A stretch of DNA of 64,000 nucleotides from the human T2T-CHM13v2.0 reference genome, Homo sapiens. The notes under the pieces were generated by a model that saw nothing but the letters and a program-made list of their open reading frames with translations, was not told the DNA's origin and searched no databases. Positions 1 to 13,500 of the stretch are shown here, piece after piece (positions within the stretch are counted from its first letter, which is position 1; each line of letters opens with the position of its first letter). Where the stretch lies: assembly GCF_009914755.1 (NCBI RefSeq), contig NC_060928.1; one strand, given 5' to 3'. Position numbers and translations under genes: made by a program.

Positions 1-89
1 TCTTTTGGTAGAATCTGCAAGTGGATATTTGGATAGCTTTGAGGATTTCGTTGGAAACGGGTTATCTTCATATAAAATCCAGACAGGAG

Positions 90-1280
90 CATTCTCAGAA
101 ACTTCTTTGTGCTGCATGTCCTCAATTCACAGAGCTGAACCTTTGTTTGGATACAGCATTTTGGAAACATTCCTTTAGTAGAATCTGCAAGTTGATATTT
201 AGATAGCTTTGAAGATTTCGTTGGAAACGGGAATATCTTCATAGAAAATCTAGACGGAAGCATTCTCAGAAACTGCTTTGTGATGTTTGCATTCAAGTCA
301 CAGAGTTGAATATTCCCTTTTATAGAGTAGGTTTGAAACACTCTTTTGGCACTACCTGGAAGTGGATATTTCGAGCTCTTTGAGGCCTATGGTTAAAAGG
401 AAATATCTTCCCATAAAAACTAGACAGAAGCCGTCTCAGAAACTTGTTTGTGATGTGTGTATTCAACTAACAGAGTTGAACATTTCTGTTACAGAGCAAT
501 TTTAAAACACTCTTTTTGTGGAATCTGAAAGTGGATAATTGGATAGCTTTGTGGATTTCGTTGGAAACGGGATGACGTATAAAATCTAGAGAGAAGCATT
601 CTCAGGAACTTCTTTGTGATGTTTGCATTCAAGTCACAGAATTGAACATTCCCTTTCATAGAGCAGGTTTGAAACACTCTTTCTCTAGTATCTGGAAGTG
701 GGCATTTCAAGCGCTTTCAGGCCTATGGAGAGAAAGGAAATACCTTCAAATAAAAACTAGACAGAAGCATTCTCAGAAACTTATTTGTGATGTGTGTCCT
801 CAACTAACAGAGTTGAACCTTTGTTTTGATACAGCATTTTGGAAACACTCCTTTTGTAGAATCTGCAGGTGGATATTTGGATAACTTTGAAGATTTCGTT
901 GGAAACCGGAATATCTTCATATAAAATCAAGACAGAAGCATTCTCGGAAACATCTCTGTGATGTTTGCATTCAACTCAGTAGAGTTGAACACTTCCTTTC
1001 ATAGAGCAGGTTTGAAACACTCTTTCTGCACTACATGGAAGCGGACATTTCGAGCACTTTGAGGCCTATGGTGAAAAAGGAAATATCTTCTCATAAAAAC
1101 CAGAAAGAAGCATTCTCAGAAACTTCTTTGTGTTGTGTGTACTCAAGTAACAGTGTTGAACCTTCCTGTTGACACAGCAGTTTTGAAACACTCTTTTGGT
1201 AGAATCTGCAAGTGGATATTTGGATAGCTTTGAGGATTTCGTTGGAAACGGGTTATCTTCATATAAAATCCAGACAGGAG
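90..1280 (+). repeat. U0: 7-mer HOR variant (1191 bp), monomers a-b-c-p-q-r-s (12-monomer deletion)
   Basis: Monomer a recurs at 90 and 1281. Monomer c (GGGATGACGTATAAAATC) is followed directly by a p-type monomer (CCCTTTCATAGAGC...TCTCTAG...GGGCATTTC) instead of d. Confidence 0.93.
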
Positions 1281-1406
1281 CATTCTCAGAAACTTCTTTG
1301 TGCTGCATGTCCTCAATTCACAGAGCTGAACCTTTGTTTGGATACAGCATTTTGGAAACATTCCTTTAGTAGAATCTGCAAGTTGATATTTAGATAGCTT
1401 TGAAGA

Positions 1407-1423
1407 TTTCGTTGGAAACGGGA
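1407..1423 (+). other. CENP-B box, intact (monomer a; representative). Other intact boxes in U1: 1747 (c), 2085 (e), 2427 (g), 2939 (j), 3447 (m), 3788 (o), 4469 (s)
   Basis: TTTCGTTGGAAACGGGA matches the 17-bp box with the essential core TTCGnnnnAnnCGGG; the j box is TTTCGTTGGAAGCGGGA. Confidence 0.95.
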
Positions 1424-1563
1424 ATATCTTCATAGAAAATCTAGACGGAAGCATTCTCAGAAACTGCTTTGTGATGTTTGCATTCAAGTCACAGAGTTGA
1501 ATATTCCCTTTTATAGAGTAGGTTTGAAACACTCTTTCGGCACTACCTGGAAGTGGATATTTC

Positions 1564-1569
1564 GAGCTC
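1564..1569. other. SacI site (GAGCTC) in monomer b, apparently once per HOR
   Basis: TTCGAGCTCT in each b monomer and no other GAGCTC seen; predicts digest fragments of 1191, 3232 and 4249 bp. Confidence 0.8.
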
Positions 1570-2596
1570 TTTGAGGCCTATGGTTAAAAGGAAATATCTT
1601 CCCATAAAAACTAGACAGAAGCCGTCTCAGAAACTTGTTTGTGATGTGTGTATTCAACTAACAGAGTTGAACATTTCTGTTACAGAGCAATTTTAAAACA
1701 CTCTTTTTGTGGAATCTGAAAGTGGATAATTGGATAGCTTTGTGGATTTCGTTGGAAACGGGATGACGTATAAAATCTAGAGAGAAGCATTCTCAGGAAC
1801 TTCTTTCTGATGTTTGCATTCAAGTCACAGAATTGAACATTCCTTTTCATAGTGCAGGTTTGAAACACTCTTTCTGTAGTATCTGGAAGTGGACATTTCA
1901 AGCGCTTTCAGGCCTACGGGGAGAAAGGAAATATCTTCAAATAAAAACTAGACAGAAGGATTCTCAGAAACTTATTTGTGATGTGTGTCCTAAACGAACA
2001 CAGTTGAACCTTTGTTTTGATACAGCATTTTGGAAACACTCCTTTTGTAGGATCTGCAGGTGGATATTTGGATAGATTTTAAGATTTCGTTGGAAACGGG
2101 AGTTTCTTCATAGAAACTCAAGACAGATGCATTCTCAGAAACATCTCTGTGATGTTTGCATTCCACTCATAGAGTTGAAAACTTCCTTTCATAGAGCAGG
2201 TTTGAAACACTCTTTTTGTAATATTTGGAAGTGGACATTTGCAGCACTTTGAGGCCTATGGTGAAAAAGGAAATATCTTCTCATAAAAACCAGAAACAAG
2301 CATTCTCAGAAACTTCTTTTTGATGTGTGTACTCAAGTAACAGAGTTGAACCTTCCTTTTGACACAGCAGTTTTGAAACAATCTTCTTGTAGAATCTGCA
2401 AGTGGATATTTGGATAGCTTTGAGGATTTCGTTGGAAACGGGATATCTTCATATAAAATCTAGACAGAAGCATTCTCAGAAACTTCTTTGTGCTGTATGC
2501 CCTCAATTAACAGAGTTGAACCATTGCTTGGATACAGCATTTTGGAAACATTCCTTGAGTAGAATCTGCAAGTTGATATTTAGATAGATTTGAAGA

Positions 2597-2613
2597 TTTC
2601 ATTGGAAAAGGGA
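2597..2613 (+). other. Degenerate CENP-B box, monomer h
   Basis: TTTC(G/A)TTGGAAAAGGGA: CGGG replaced by AGGG in every unit read. Confidence 0.9.
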
Positions 2614-3276
2614 ATATCTCCATATAAAATCTAGAGGGAAGCATTCTCAGAAACTGCTTTGTGATGTTTCCATTCAAGTCACAGAGTTGAATATTCCCTT
2701 TTATAGAGCACGTTTGAAACACTCTTTCTGCACTATCTGGAAGTGGACATTTCGAGCGCTTTGAGGCCTATGTTGAAAAAGGAAATATCTTCCCATAAAA
2801 ACTAGACAGAAGCATTCTCAGAAACTTGTTTGTGATGTGTGTATTCAACTAACAGAGTTGAACTTTTGTTTTTACAGAGCCGTTTTAAAACACTCTTTTT
2901 GTGGAATCAGAAAGTGGATATTCGGATGGCTCTGAGGATTTCGTTGGAAGCGGGATTACATATAAAATCTAGAGAGAAGCATTCTCAGGAACTTCTTTGT
3001 GATGTTTGCATTGAAGTCACAGAATTGAACATTCACTTTGATAGAGCAGGTTTGAAACACTCATTCTGTAGTATCTGGAAGTGGACATTTCAAGCGCTTT
3101 CAGGCCTATGGTGAGAAAGGAAATATCTTCGAATAAAAACTAGACAGAAGCATCCTCAGAAACTTATTTGTGATGTGTGTCCTCAACTAACAGAGTTGAA
3201 ACTTTGTTTTGATACAGCATTTTGGAAACACTCTTTTTGTAGAATCTGCAGGTGGATATTTGGATAGCTTAGAGGG

Positions 3277-3293
3277 ATTCGTTGGAAAGGGGA
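3277..3293 (+). other. Degenerate CENP-B box, monomer l
   Basis: ATTCGTTGGAAAGGGGA: CGGG replaced by GGGG. Confidence 0.9.
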
Positions 3294-4125
3294 TATCTTC
3301 ATATAAAATCTAGACAGAAGCATTCTCAGAAACTTATTTGTGATGTGTGTCCTCAACTAACAGAGTTGAACCTTGGTTTTGATACAGCATTTTGGAAACC
3401 CTCCTTTTGTAGAATCTACAGGTGGATATGTGGATAGCTCTGAAGATTTCGTTGGAAACGGGAATTTCTTCATATAAAATCAAACAGAAGCATTCTCAGA
3501 AACTTCTCAGTGATGTTTGCATTCAGCTCATGGAGTTGAACACTTCCTTTCATAGAACCGGTTTGAAACACTCTTTCTGCACTACCTGGAAGAGGACATT
3601 TCGAGCGCTTTGAGTCCTATGGTGAAAAAGGAAATATCTTCTCATAAAAACCAGAAAGAAGCATTCTCAGAAACTTCTTTGTGTTGTGTGTACTCATGTA
3701 ACAGTGTTGAACCATCCTTTTGACAGAGCAGTTTTGAAACACTCTTTTTGTAGAATCTGCAAGTGGATATTTGGATAGCTTTGAGGATTTCGTTGGAAAC
3801 GGGATGACATATAATATCTAGAGAGAAGCATTCTCAGGAACTTCTTTGTGATGTTTGCATTCAAGTCACAGAATTGAACATTCCCTTTCATAGAGCAGGT
3901 TTGAAACACTCTTTCTCTAGTATCTGGAAGTGGGCATTTCAAGCGCTTTCAGGCCTATGGAGAGAAAGGAAATACCTTCAAATAAAAACTAGACAGAAGC
4001 ATTCTCAGAAACTTATTTGTGATGTGTGTCCTCAACTAACAGAGTTGAACCTTTGTTTTGATACAGCATTTTGGAAACACTCCTTTTGTAGAATCTGCAG
4101 GTGGATATTTGGATAACTTTGAAGA

Positions 4126-4142
4126 TTTCGTTGGAAACCGGA
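4126..4142 (+). other. Degenerate CENP-B box, monomer q
   Basis: TTTCGTTGGAAACCGGA: CGGG replaced by CCGG. Confidence 0.88.
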
Positions 4143-4512
4143 ATATCTTCATATAAAATCAAGACAGAAGCATTCTCGGAAACATCTCTGTGATGTTTGC
4201 ATTCAACTCAGTAGAGTTGAACACTTCCTTTCATAGAGCCGGTTTGAAACACTCTTTCTGCACTACCTGGAAGCGGACATTTCGAGCGCTTTGAGGCCTA
4301 TGGTGAAAAAGGAAATATCTTCTCATAAAAACCAGAAAGAAGCATTCTCAGAAACTTCTTTGTGTTGTGTGTACTCAAGTAACAGTGTTGAACCTTCCTT
4401 TTGACACAGCAGTTTTGAAACACTCTTTTGGTAGAATCTGCAAGTGGATATTTGGATAGCTTTGAGGATTTCGTTGGAAACGGGTTATCTTCATATAAAA
4501 TCCAGACAGGAG

Positions 4513-7500
4513 CATTCTCAGAAACTTCTTTGTGCTGCATGTCCTCAATTCACAGAGCTGAACCTTTGTTTGGATACAGCATTTTGGAAACATTCCTTTA
4601 GTAGAATCTGCAAGTTGATATTTAGATAGCTTTGAAGATTTCGTTGGAAACGGGAATATCTTCATAGAAAATCTAGACGGAAGCATTCTCAGAAACTGCT
4701 TTGTGATGTTTGCATTCAAGTCACAGAGTTGAATATTCCCTTTTATAGAGTAGGTTTGAAACACTCTTTCGGCACTACCTGGAAGTGGATATTTCGAGCT
4801 CTTTGAGGCCTATGGTTAAAAGGAAATATCTTCCCATAAAAACTAGACAGAAGCCGTCTCAGAAACTTGTTTGTGATGTGTGTATACAACTACCAGAGTT
4901 GAACATTTCTGTTACAGAGCAATTTTAAAACACTCTTTTTGTGGAATCTGAAAGTGGATAATTGGATAGCTTTGTGGATTTCGTTGGAAACGGGATGACG
5001 TATAAAATCTAGAGAGAAGCATTCTCAGGAACTTCTTTCTGATGTTTGCATTCAAGTCACAGAATTGAACATTCCTTTTCATAGTGCAGGTTTGAAACAC
5101 TCTTTCTGTAGTATCTGGAAGTGGACATTTCAAGCGCTTTCAGGCCTACGGGGAGAAAGGAAATATCTTCAAATAAAAACTAGACAGAAGGATTCTCAGA
5201 AACTTATTTGTGATGTGTGTCCTAAACGAACACAGTTGAACCTTTGTTTTGATACAGCATTTTGGAAACACTCCTTTTGTAGGATCTGCAGGTGGATATT
5301 TGGATAGATTTTAAGATTTCGTTGGAAACGGGAGTTTCTTCATAGAAACTCAAGACAGATGCATTCTCAGAAACATCTCTGTGATGTTTGCATTCCACTC
5401 ATAGAGTTGAAAACTTCCTTTCATAGAGCAGGTTTGAAACACTCTTTTTGTAATATTTGGAAGTGGACATTTGCAGCGCTTTGAGGCCTATGGTGAAAAA
5501 GGAAATATCTTCTCATAAAAACCAGAAACAAGCATTCTCAGAAACTTCTTTTTGATGTGTGTACTCAAGTAACAGAGTTGAACCTTCCTTTTGACACAGC
5601 AGTTTTGAAACAATCTTTTTGTAGAATCTGCAAGTGGATATTTGGATAGCTTTGAGGATTTCGTTGGAAACGGGCTATCTTCATATAAAATCTAGACAGA
5701 AGCATTCTCAGAAACTTCTTTGTGCTGTATGTCCTCAATTAACAGAGTTGAACCATTGCTTGGATACAGCATTTTGGAAACATTCCTTGAGTAGAATCTG
5801 CAAGTTGATATTTAGATAGATTTGAAGATTTCGTTGGAAAAGGGAATATCTCCATATAAAATCTAGAGGGAAGCATTCTCAGAAACTGCTTTGTGATGTT
5901 TCCATTCAAGTCACAGAGTTGAATATTCCCTTTTATAGAGCACGTTTGAAACACTCTTTCTGCACTATCTGGAAGTGGACATTTCGAGCGCTTTGAGGCC
6001 TATGTTGAAAAAGGAAATATCTTCCCATAAAAACTAGACAGAAGCATTCTCAGAAACTTGTTTGTGATGTGTGTATTCAACTAACAGAGTTGAACTTTTG
6101 TTTTTACAGAGCCGTTTTAAAACACTCTTTTTGTGGAATCAGAAAGTGGATATTCGGATGGCTCTGAGGATTTCGTTGGAAGCGGGATTACATATAAAAT
6201 CTAGAGAGAAGCATTCTCAGGAACTTCTTTGTGATGTTTGCATTGAAGTCACAGAATTGAACATTCACTTTGATAGAGCAGGTTTGAAACACTCATTCTG
6301 TAGTATCTGGAAGTGGACATTTCAAGCGCTTTCAGGCCTATGGTGAGAAAGGAAATATCTTCGAATAAAAACTAGACAGAAGCATCCTCAGAAACTTATT
6401 TGTGATGTGTGTCCTCAACTAACAGAGTTGAAACTTTGTTTTGATACAGCATTTTGGAAACACTCTTTTTGTAGAATCTGCAGGTGGATATTTGGATAGC
6501 TTAGAGGGATTCGTTGGAAAGGGGATATCTTCATATAAAATCTAGACAGAAGCATTCTCAGAAACTTATTTGTGATGTGTGTCCTCAACTAACAGAGTTG
6601 AACCTTGGTTTTGATACAGCATTTTGGAAACCCTCCTTTTGTAGAATCTACAGGTGGATATGTGGATAGCTCTGAAGATTTCGTTGGAAACGGGAATTTC
6701 TTCATATAAAATCAAACAGAAGCATTCTCAGAAACTTCTCAGTGATGTTTGCATTCAGCTCATGGAGTTGAACACTTCCTTTCATAGAACCGGTTTGAAA
6801 CACTCTTTCTGCACTACCTGGAAGAGGACATTTCGAGCGCTTTGAGTCCTATGGTGAAAAAGGAAATATCTTCTCATAAAAACCAGAAAGAAGCATTCTC
6901 AGAAACTTCTTTGTGTTGTGTGTACTCATGTAACAGTGTTGAACCATCCTTTTGACAGAGCAGTTTTGAAACACTCTTTTTGTAGAATCTGCAAGTGGAT
7001 ATTTGGATAGCTTTGAGGATTTCGTTGGAAACGGGATGACATATAATATCTAGAGAGAAGCATTCTCAGGAACTTCTTTGTGATGTTTGCATTCAAGTCA
7101 CAGAATTGAACATTCCCTTTCATAGAGCAGGTTTGAAACACTCTTTCTCTAGTATCTGGAAGTGGGCATTTCAAGCGCTTTCAGGCCTATGGAGAGAAAG
7201 GAAATACCTTCAAATAAAAACTAGACAGAAGCATTCTCAGAAACTTATTTGTGATGTGTGTCCTCAACTAACAGAGTTGAACCTTTGTTTTGATACAGCA
7301 TTTTGGAAACACTCCTTTTGTAGAATCTGCAGGTGGATATTTGGATAACTTTGAAGATTTCGTTGGAAACCGGAATATCTTCATATAAAATCAAGACAGA
7401 AGCATTCTCGGAAACATCTCTGTGATGTTTGCATTCAACTCAGTAGAGTTGAACACTTCCTTTCATAGAGCCGGTTTGAAACACTCTTTCTGCACTACCT

Positions 7501-10500
7501 GGAAGCGGACATTTCGAGCGCTTTGAGGCCTATGGTGAAAAAGGAAATATCTTCTCATAAAAACCAGAAAGAAGCATTCTCAGAAACTTCTTTGTGTTGT
7601 GTGTACTCAAGTAACAGTGTTGAACCTTCCTTTTGACACAGCAGTTTTGAAACACTCTTTTGGTAGAATCTGCAAGTGGATATTTGGATAGCTTTGAGGA
7701 TTTCGTTGGAAACGGGTTATCTTCATATAAAATCCAGACAGGAGCATTCTCAGAAACTTCTTTGTGCTGCATGTCCTCAATTCACAGAGCTGAACCTTTG
7801 TTTGGATACAGCATTTTGGAAACATTCCTTTAGTAGAATCTGCAAGTTGATATTTAGATAGCTTTGAAGATTTCGTTGGAAACGGGAATATCTTCATAGA
7901 AAATCTAGACGGAAGCATTCTCAGAAACTGCTTTGTGATGTTTGCATTCAAGTCACAGAGTTGAATATTCCCTTTTATAGAGTAGGTTTGAAACACTCTT
8001 TCGGCACTACCTGGAAGTGGATATTTCGAGCTCTTTGAGGCCTATGGTTAAAAGGAAATATCTTCCCATAAAAACTAGACAGAAGCCGTCTCAGAAACTT
8101 GTTTGTGATGTGTGTATACAACTACCAGAGTTGAACATTTCTGTTACAGAGCAATTTTAAAACACTCTTTTTGTGGAATCTGAAAGTGGATAATTGGATA
8201 GCTTTGTGGATTTCGTTGGAAACGGGATGACGTATAAAATCTAGAGAGAAGCATTCTCAGGAACTTCTTTCTGATGTTTGCATTCAAGTCACAGAATTGA
8301 ACATTCCTTTTCATAGTGCAGGTTTGAAACACTCTTTCTGTAGTATCTGGAAGTGGACATTTCAAGCGCTTTCAGGCCTACGGGGAGAAAGGAAATATCT
8401 TCAAATAAAAACTAGACAGAAGGATTCTCAGAAACTTATTTGTGATGTGTGTCCTAAACGAACACAGTTGAACCTTTGTTTTGATACAGCATTTTGGAAA
8501 CACTCCTTTTGTAGGATCTGCAGGTGGATATTTGGATAGATTTTAAGATTTCGTTGGAAACGGGAGTTTCTTCATAGAAACTCAAGACAGATGCATTCTC
8601 AGAAACATCTCTGTGATGTTTGCATTCCACTCATAGAGTTGAAAACTTCCTTTCATAGAGCAGGTTTGAAACACTCTTTTTGTAATATTTGGAAGTGGAC
8701 ATTTGCAGCGCTTTGAGGCCTATGGTGAAAAAGGAAATATCTTCTCATAAAAACCAGAGACAAGCATTCTCAGAAACTTCTTTTTGATGTGTGTACTCAA
8801 GTAACAGAGTTGAACCTTCCTTTTGACACAGCAGTTTTGAAACAATCTTTTTGTAGAATCTGCAAGTGGATATTTGGATAGCTTTGAGGATTTCGTTGGA
8901 AACGGGCTATCTTCATATAAAATCTAGACAGAAGCATTCTCAGAAACTTCTTTGTGCTGTATGTCCTCAATTAACAGAGTTGAACCATTGCTTGGATACA
9001 GCATTTTGGAAACATTCCTTGAGTAGAATCTGCAAGTTGATATTTAGATAGATTTGAAGATTTCGTTGGAAAAGGGAATATCTCCATATAAAATCTAGAG
9101 GGAAGCATTCTCAGAAACTGCTTTGTGATGTTTCCATTCAAGTCACAGAGTTGAATATTCCCTTTTATAGAGCACGTTTGAAACACTCTTTCTGCACTAT
9201 CTGGAAGTGGACATTTCGAGCGCTTTGAGGCCTATGGTGAAAAAGGAAATATCTTCCCATAAAAACTAGACAGAAGCATTCTCAGAAACTTGTTTGTGAT
9301 GTGTGTATTCAACTAACAGAGTTGAACTTTTGTTTTTACAGAGCCGTTTTAAAACACTCTTTTTGTGGAATCAGAAAGTGGATATTCGGATGGCTCTGAG
9401 GATTTCGTTGGAAGCGGGATTACATATAAAATCTAGAGAGAAGCATTCTCAGGAACTTCTTTGTGATGTTTGCATTGAAGTCACAGAATTGAACATTCAC
9501 TTTGATAGAGCAGGTTTGAAACACTCATTCTGTAGTATCTGGAAGTGGACATTTCAAGCGCTTTCAGGCCTATGGTGAGAAAGGAAATATCTTCGAATAA
9601 AAACTAGACAGAAGCATCCTCAGAAACTTATTTGTGATGTGTGTCCTCAACTAACAGAGTTGAAACTTTGTTTTGATACAGCATTTTGGAAACACTCTTT
9701 TTGTAGAATCTGCAGGTGGATATTTGGATAGCTTAGAGGGATTCGTTGGAAAGGGGATATCTTCATATAAAATCTAGACAGAAGCATTCTCAGAAACTTA
9801 TTTGTGATGTGTGTCCTCAACTAACAGAGTTGAACCTTGGTTTTGATACAGCATTTTGGAAACACTCCTTTTGTAGAATCTGCAGGTGGATATGTGGATA
9901 GCTCTGAAGATTTCGTTGGAAACGGGAATTTCTTCATATAAAATCAAACAGAAGCATTCTCAGAAACTTCTCAGTGATGTTTGCATTCAGCTCATGGAGT
10001 TGAACACTTCCTTTCATAGAGCCGGTTTGAAACACTCTTTCTGCACTACCTGGAAGAGGCCATTTCGAGCGCTTTGAGTCCTATGGTGAAAAAGGAAATA
10101 TCTTCTCATAAAAACCAGAAAGAAGCATTCTCAGAAACTTCTTTGTGTTGTGTGTACTCATGTAACAGTGTTGAACCATCCTTTTGACAGAGCAGTTTTG
10201 AAACACTCTTTTTGTAGAATCTGCAAGTGGATATTTGGATAGCTTTGAGGATTTCGTTGGAAACGGGATGACATATAATATCTAGAGAGAAGCATTCTCA
10301 GGAACTTCTTTGTGATGTTTGCATTCAAGTCACAGAATTGAACATTCCCTTTCATAGAGCAGGTTTGAAACACTCTTTCTCTAGTATCTGGAAGTGGGCA
10401 TTTCAAGCGCTTTCAGGCCTATGGAGAGAAAGGAAATACCTTCAAATAAAAACTAGACAGAAGCATTCTCAGAAACTTATTTGTGATGTGTGTCCTCAAC

Positions 10501-13500
10501 TAACAGAGTTGAACCTTTGTTTTGATACAGCATTTTGGAAACACTCCTTTTGTAGAATCTGCAGGTGGATATTTGGATAACTTTGAAGATTTCGTTGGAA
10601 ACCGGAATATCTTCATATAAAATCAAGACAGAAGCATTCTCGGAAACATCTCTGTGATGTTTGCATTCAACTCAGTAGAGTTGAACACTTCCTTTCATAG
10701 AGCCGGTTTGAAACACTCTTTCTGCACTACCTGGAAGCGGACATTTCGAGCGCTTTGAGGCCTATGGTGAAAAAGGAAATATCTTCTCATAAAAACCAGA
10801 AAGAAGCATTCTCAGAAACTTCTTTGTGTTGTGTGTACTCAAGTAACAGTGTTGAACCTTCCTTTTGACACAGCAGTTTTGAAACACTCTTTTGGTAGAA
10901 TCTGCAAGTGGATATTTGGATAGCTTTGAGGATTTCGTTGGAAACGGGTTATCTTCATATAAAATCCAGACAGGAGCATTCTCAGAAACTTCTTTGTGCT
11001 GCATGTCCTCAATTCACAGAGCTGAACCTTTGTTTGGATACAGCATTTTGGAAACATTCCTTTAGTAGAATCTGCAAGTTGATATTTAGATAGCTTTGAA
11101 GATTTCGTTGGAAACGGGAATATCTTCATAGAAAATCTAGACGGAAGCATTCTCAGAAACTGCTTTGTGATGTTTGCATTCAAGTCACAGAGTTGAATAT
11201 TCCCTTTTATAGAGTAGGTTTGAAACACTCTTTCGGCACTACCTGGAAGTGGATATTTCGAGCTCTTTGAGGCCTATGGTTAAAAGGAAATATCTTCCCA
11301 TAAAAACTAGACAGAAGCCGTCTCAGAAACTTGTTTGTGATGTGTGTATACAACTACCAGAGTTGAACATTTCTGTTACAGAGCAATTTTAAAACACTCT
11401 TTTTGTGGAATCTGAAAGTGGATAATTGGATAGCTTTGTGGATTTCGTTGGAAACGGGATGACGTATAAAATCTAGAGAGAAGCATTCTCAGGAACTTCT
11501 TTCTGATGTTTGCATTCAAGTCACAGAATTGAACATTCCTTTTCATAGTGCAGGTTTGAAACACTCTTTCTGTAGTATCTGGAAGTGGACATTTCAAGCG
11601 CTTTCAGGCCTACGGGGAGAAAGGAAATATCTTCAAATAAAAACTAGACAGAAGGATTCTCAGAAACTTATTTGTGATGTGTGTCCTAAACGAACACAGT
11701 TGAACCTTTGTTTTGATACAGCATTTTGGAAACACTCCTTTTGTAGGATCTGCAGGTGGATATTTGGATAGATTTTAAGATTTCGTTGGAAACGGGAGTT
11801 TCTTCATAGAAACTCAAGACAGATGCATTCTCAGAAACATCTCTGTGATGTTTGCATTCCACTCATAGAGTTGAAAACTTCCTTTCATAGAGCAGGTTTG
11901 AAACACTCTTTTTGTAATATTTGGAAGTGGACATTTGCAGCGCTTTGAGGCCTATGGTGAAAAAGGAAATATCTTCTCATAAAAACCAGAGACAAGCATT
12001 CTCAGAAACTTCTTTTTGATGTGTGTACTCAAGTAACAGAGTTGAACCTTCCTTTTGACACAGCAGTTTTGAAACAATCTTTTTGTAGAATCTGCAAGTG
12101 GATATTTGGATAGCTTTGAGGATTTCGTTGGAAACGGGCTATCTTCATATAAAATCTAGACAGAAGCATTCTCAGAAACTTCTTTGTGCTGTATGTCCTC
12201 AATTAACAGAGTTGAACCATTGCTTGGATACAGCATTTTGGAAACATTCCTTGAGTAGAATCTGCAAGTTGATATTTAGATAGATTTGAAGATTTCGTTG
12301 GAAAAGGGAATATCTCCATATAAAATCTAGAGGGAAGCATTCTCAGAAACTGCTTTGTGATGTTTCCATTCAAGTCACAGAGTTGAATATTCCCTTTTAT
12401 AGAGCACGTTTGAAACACTCTTTCTGCACTATCTGGAAGTGGACATTTCGAGCGCTTTGAGGCCTATGGTGAAAAAGGAAATATCTTCCCATAAAAACTA
12501 GACAGAAGCATTCTCAGAAACTTGTTTGTGATGTGTGTATTCAACTAACAGAGTTGAACTTTTGTTTTTACAGAGCCGTTTTAAAACACTCTTTTTGTGG
12601 AATCAGAAAGTGGATATTCGGATGGCTCTGAGGATTTCGTTGGAAGCGGGATTACATATAAAATCTAGAGAGAAGCATTCTCAGGAACTTCTTTGTGATG
12701 TTTGCATTGAAGTCACAGAATTGAACATTCACTTTGATAGAGCAGGTTTGAAACACTCATTCTGTAGTATCTGGAAGTGGACATTTCAAGCGCTTTCAGG
12801 CCTATGGTGAGAAAGGAAATATCTTCGAATAAAAACTAGACAGAAGCATCCTCAGAAACTTATTTGTGATGTGTGTCCTCAACTAACAGAGTTGAAACTT
12901 TGTTTTGATACAGCATTTTGGAAACACTCTTTTTGTAGAATCTGCAGGTGGATATTTGGATAGCTTAGAGGGATTCGTTGGAAAGGGGATATCTTCATAT
13001 AAAATCTAGACAGAAGCATTCTCAGAAACTTATTTGTGATGTGTGTCCTCAACTAACAGAGTTGAACCTTGGTTTTGATACAGCATTTTGGAAACACTCC
13101 TTTTGTAGAATCTGCAGGTGGATATGTGGATAGCTCTGAAGATTTCGTTGGAAACGGGAATTTCTTCATATAAAATCAAACAGAAGCATTCTCAGAAACT
13201 TCTCAGTGATGTTTGCATTCAGCTCATGGAGTTGAACACTTCCTTTCATAGAGCCGGTTTGAAACACTCTTTCTGCACTACCTGGAAGAGGCCATTTCGA
13301 GCGCTTTGAGTCCTATGGTGAAAAAGGAAATATCTTCTCATAAAAACCAGAAAGAAGCATTCTCAGAAACTTCTTTGTGTTGTGTGTACTCATGTAACAG
13401 TGTTGAACCATCCTTTTGACAGAGCAGTTTTGAAACACTCTTTTTGTAGAATCTGCAAGTGGATATTTGGATAGCTTTGAGGATTTCGTTGGAAACGGGA

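Larger units (their letters stand above)
1281..4512 (+). repeat. U1: reference canonical 19-mer HOR (3232 bp)
   Basis: Monomer starts: a1281, b1452, c1622, d1788, e1959, f2130, g2301, h2471, i2642, j2813, k2980, l3151, m3321, n3491, o3662, p3829, q4000, r4171, s4343; next a at 4513. Confidence 0.96.

Noticed and set aside
70-78. TATAAAA motifs as TATA-box promoters
   Set aside because: They are an ordinary part of the B-type monomer tail, with no other support for promoter function from sequence alone.
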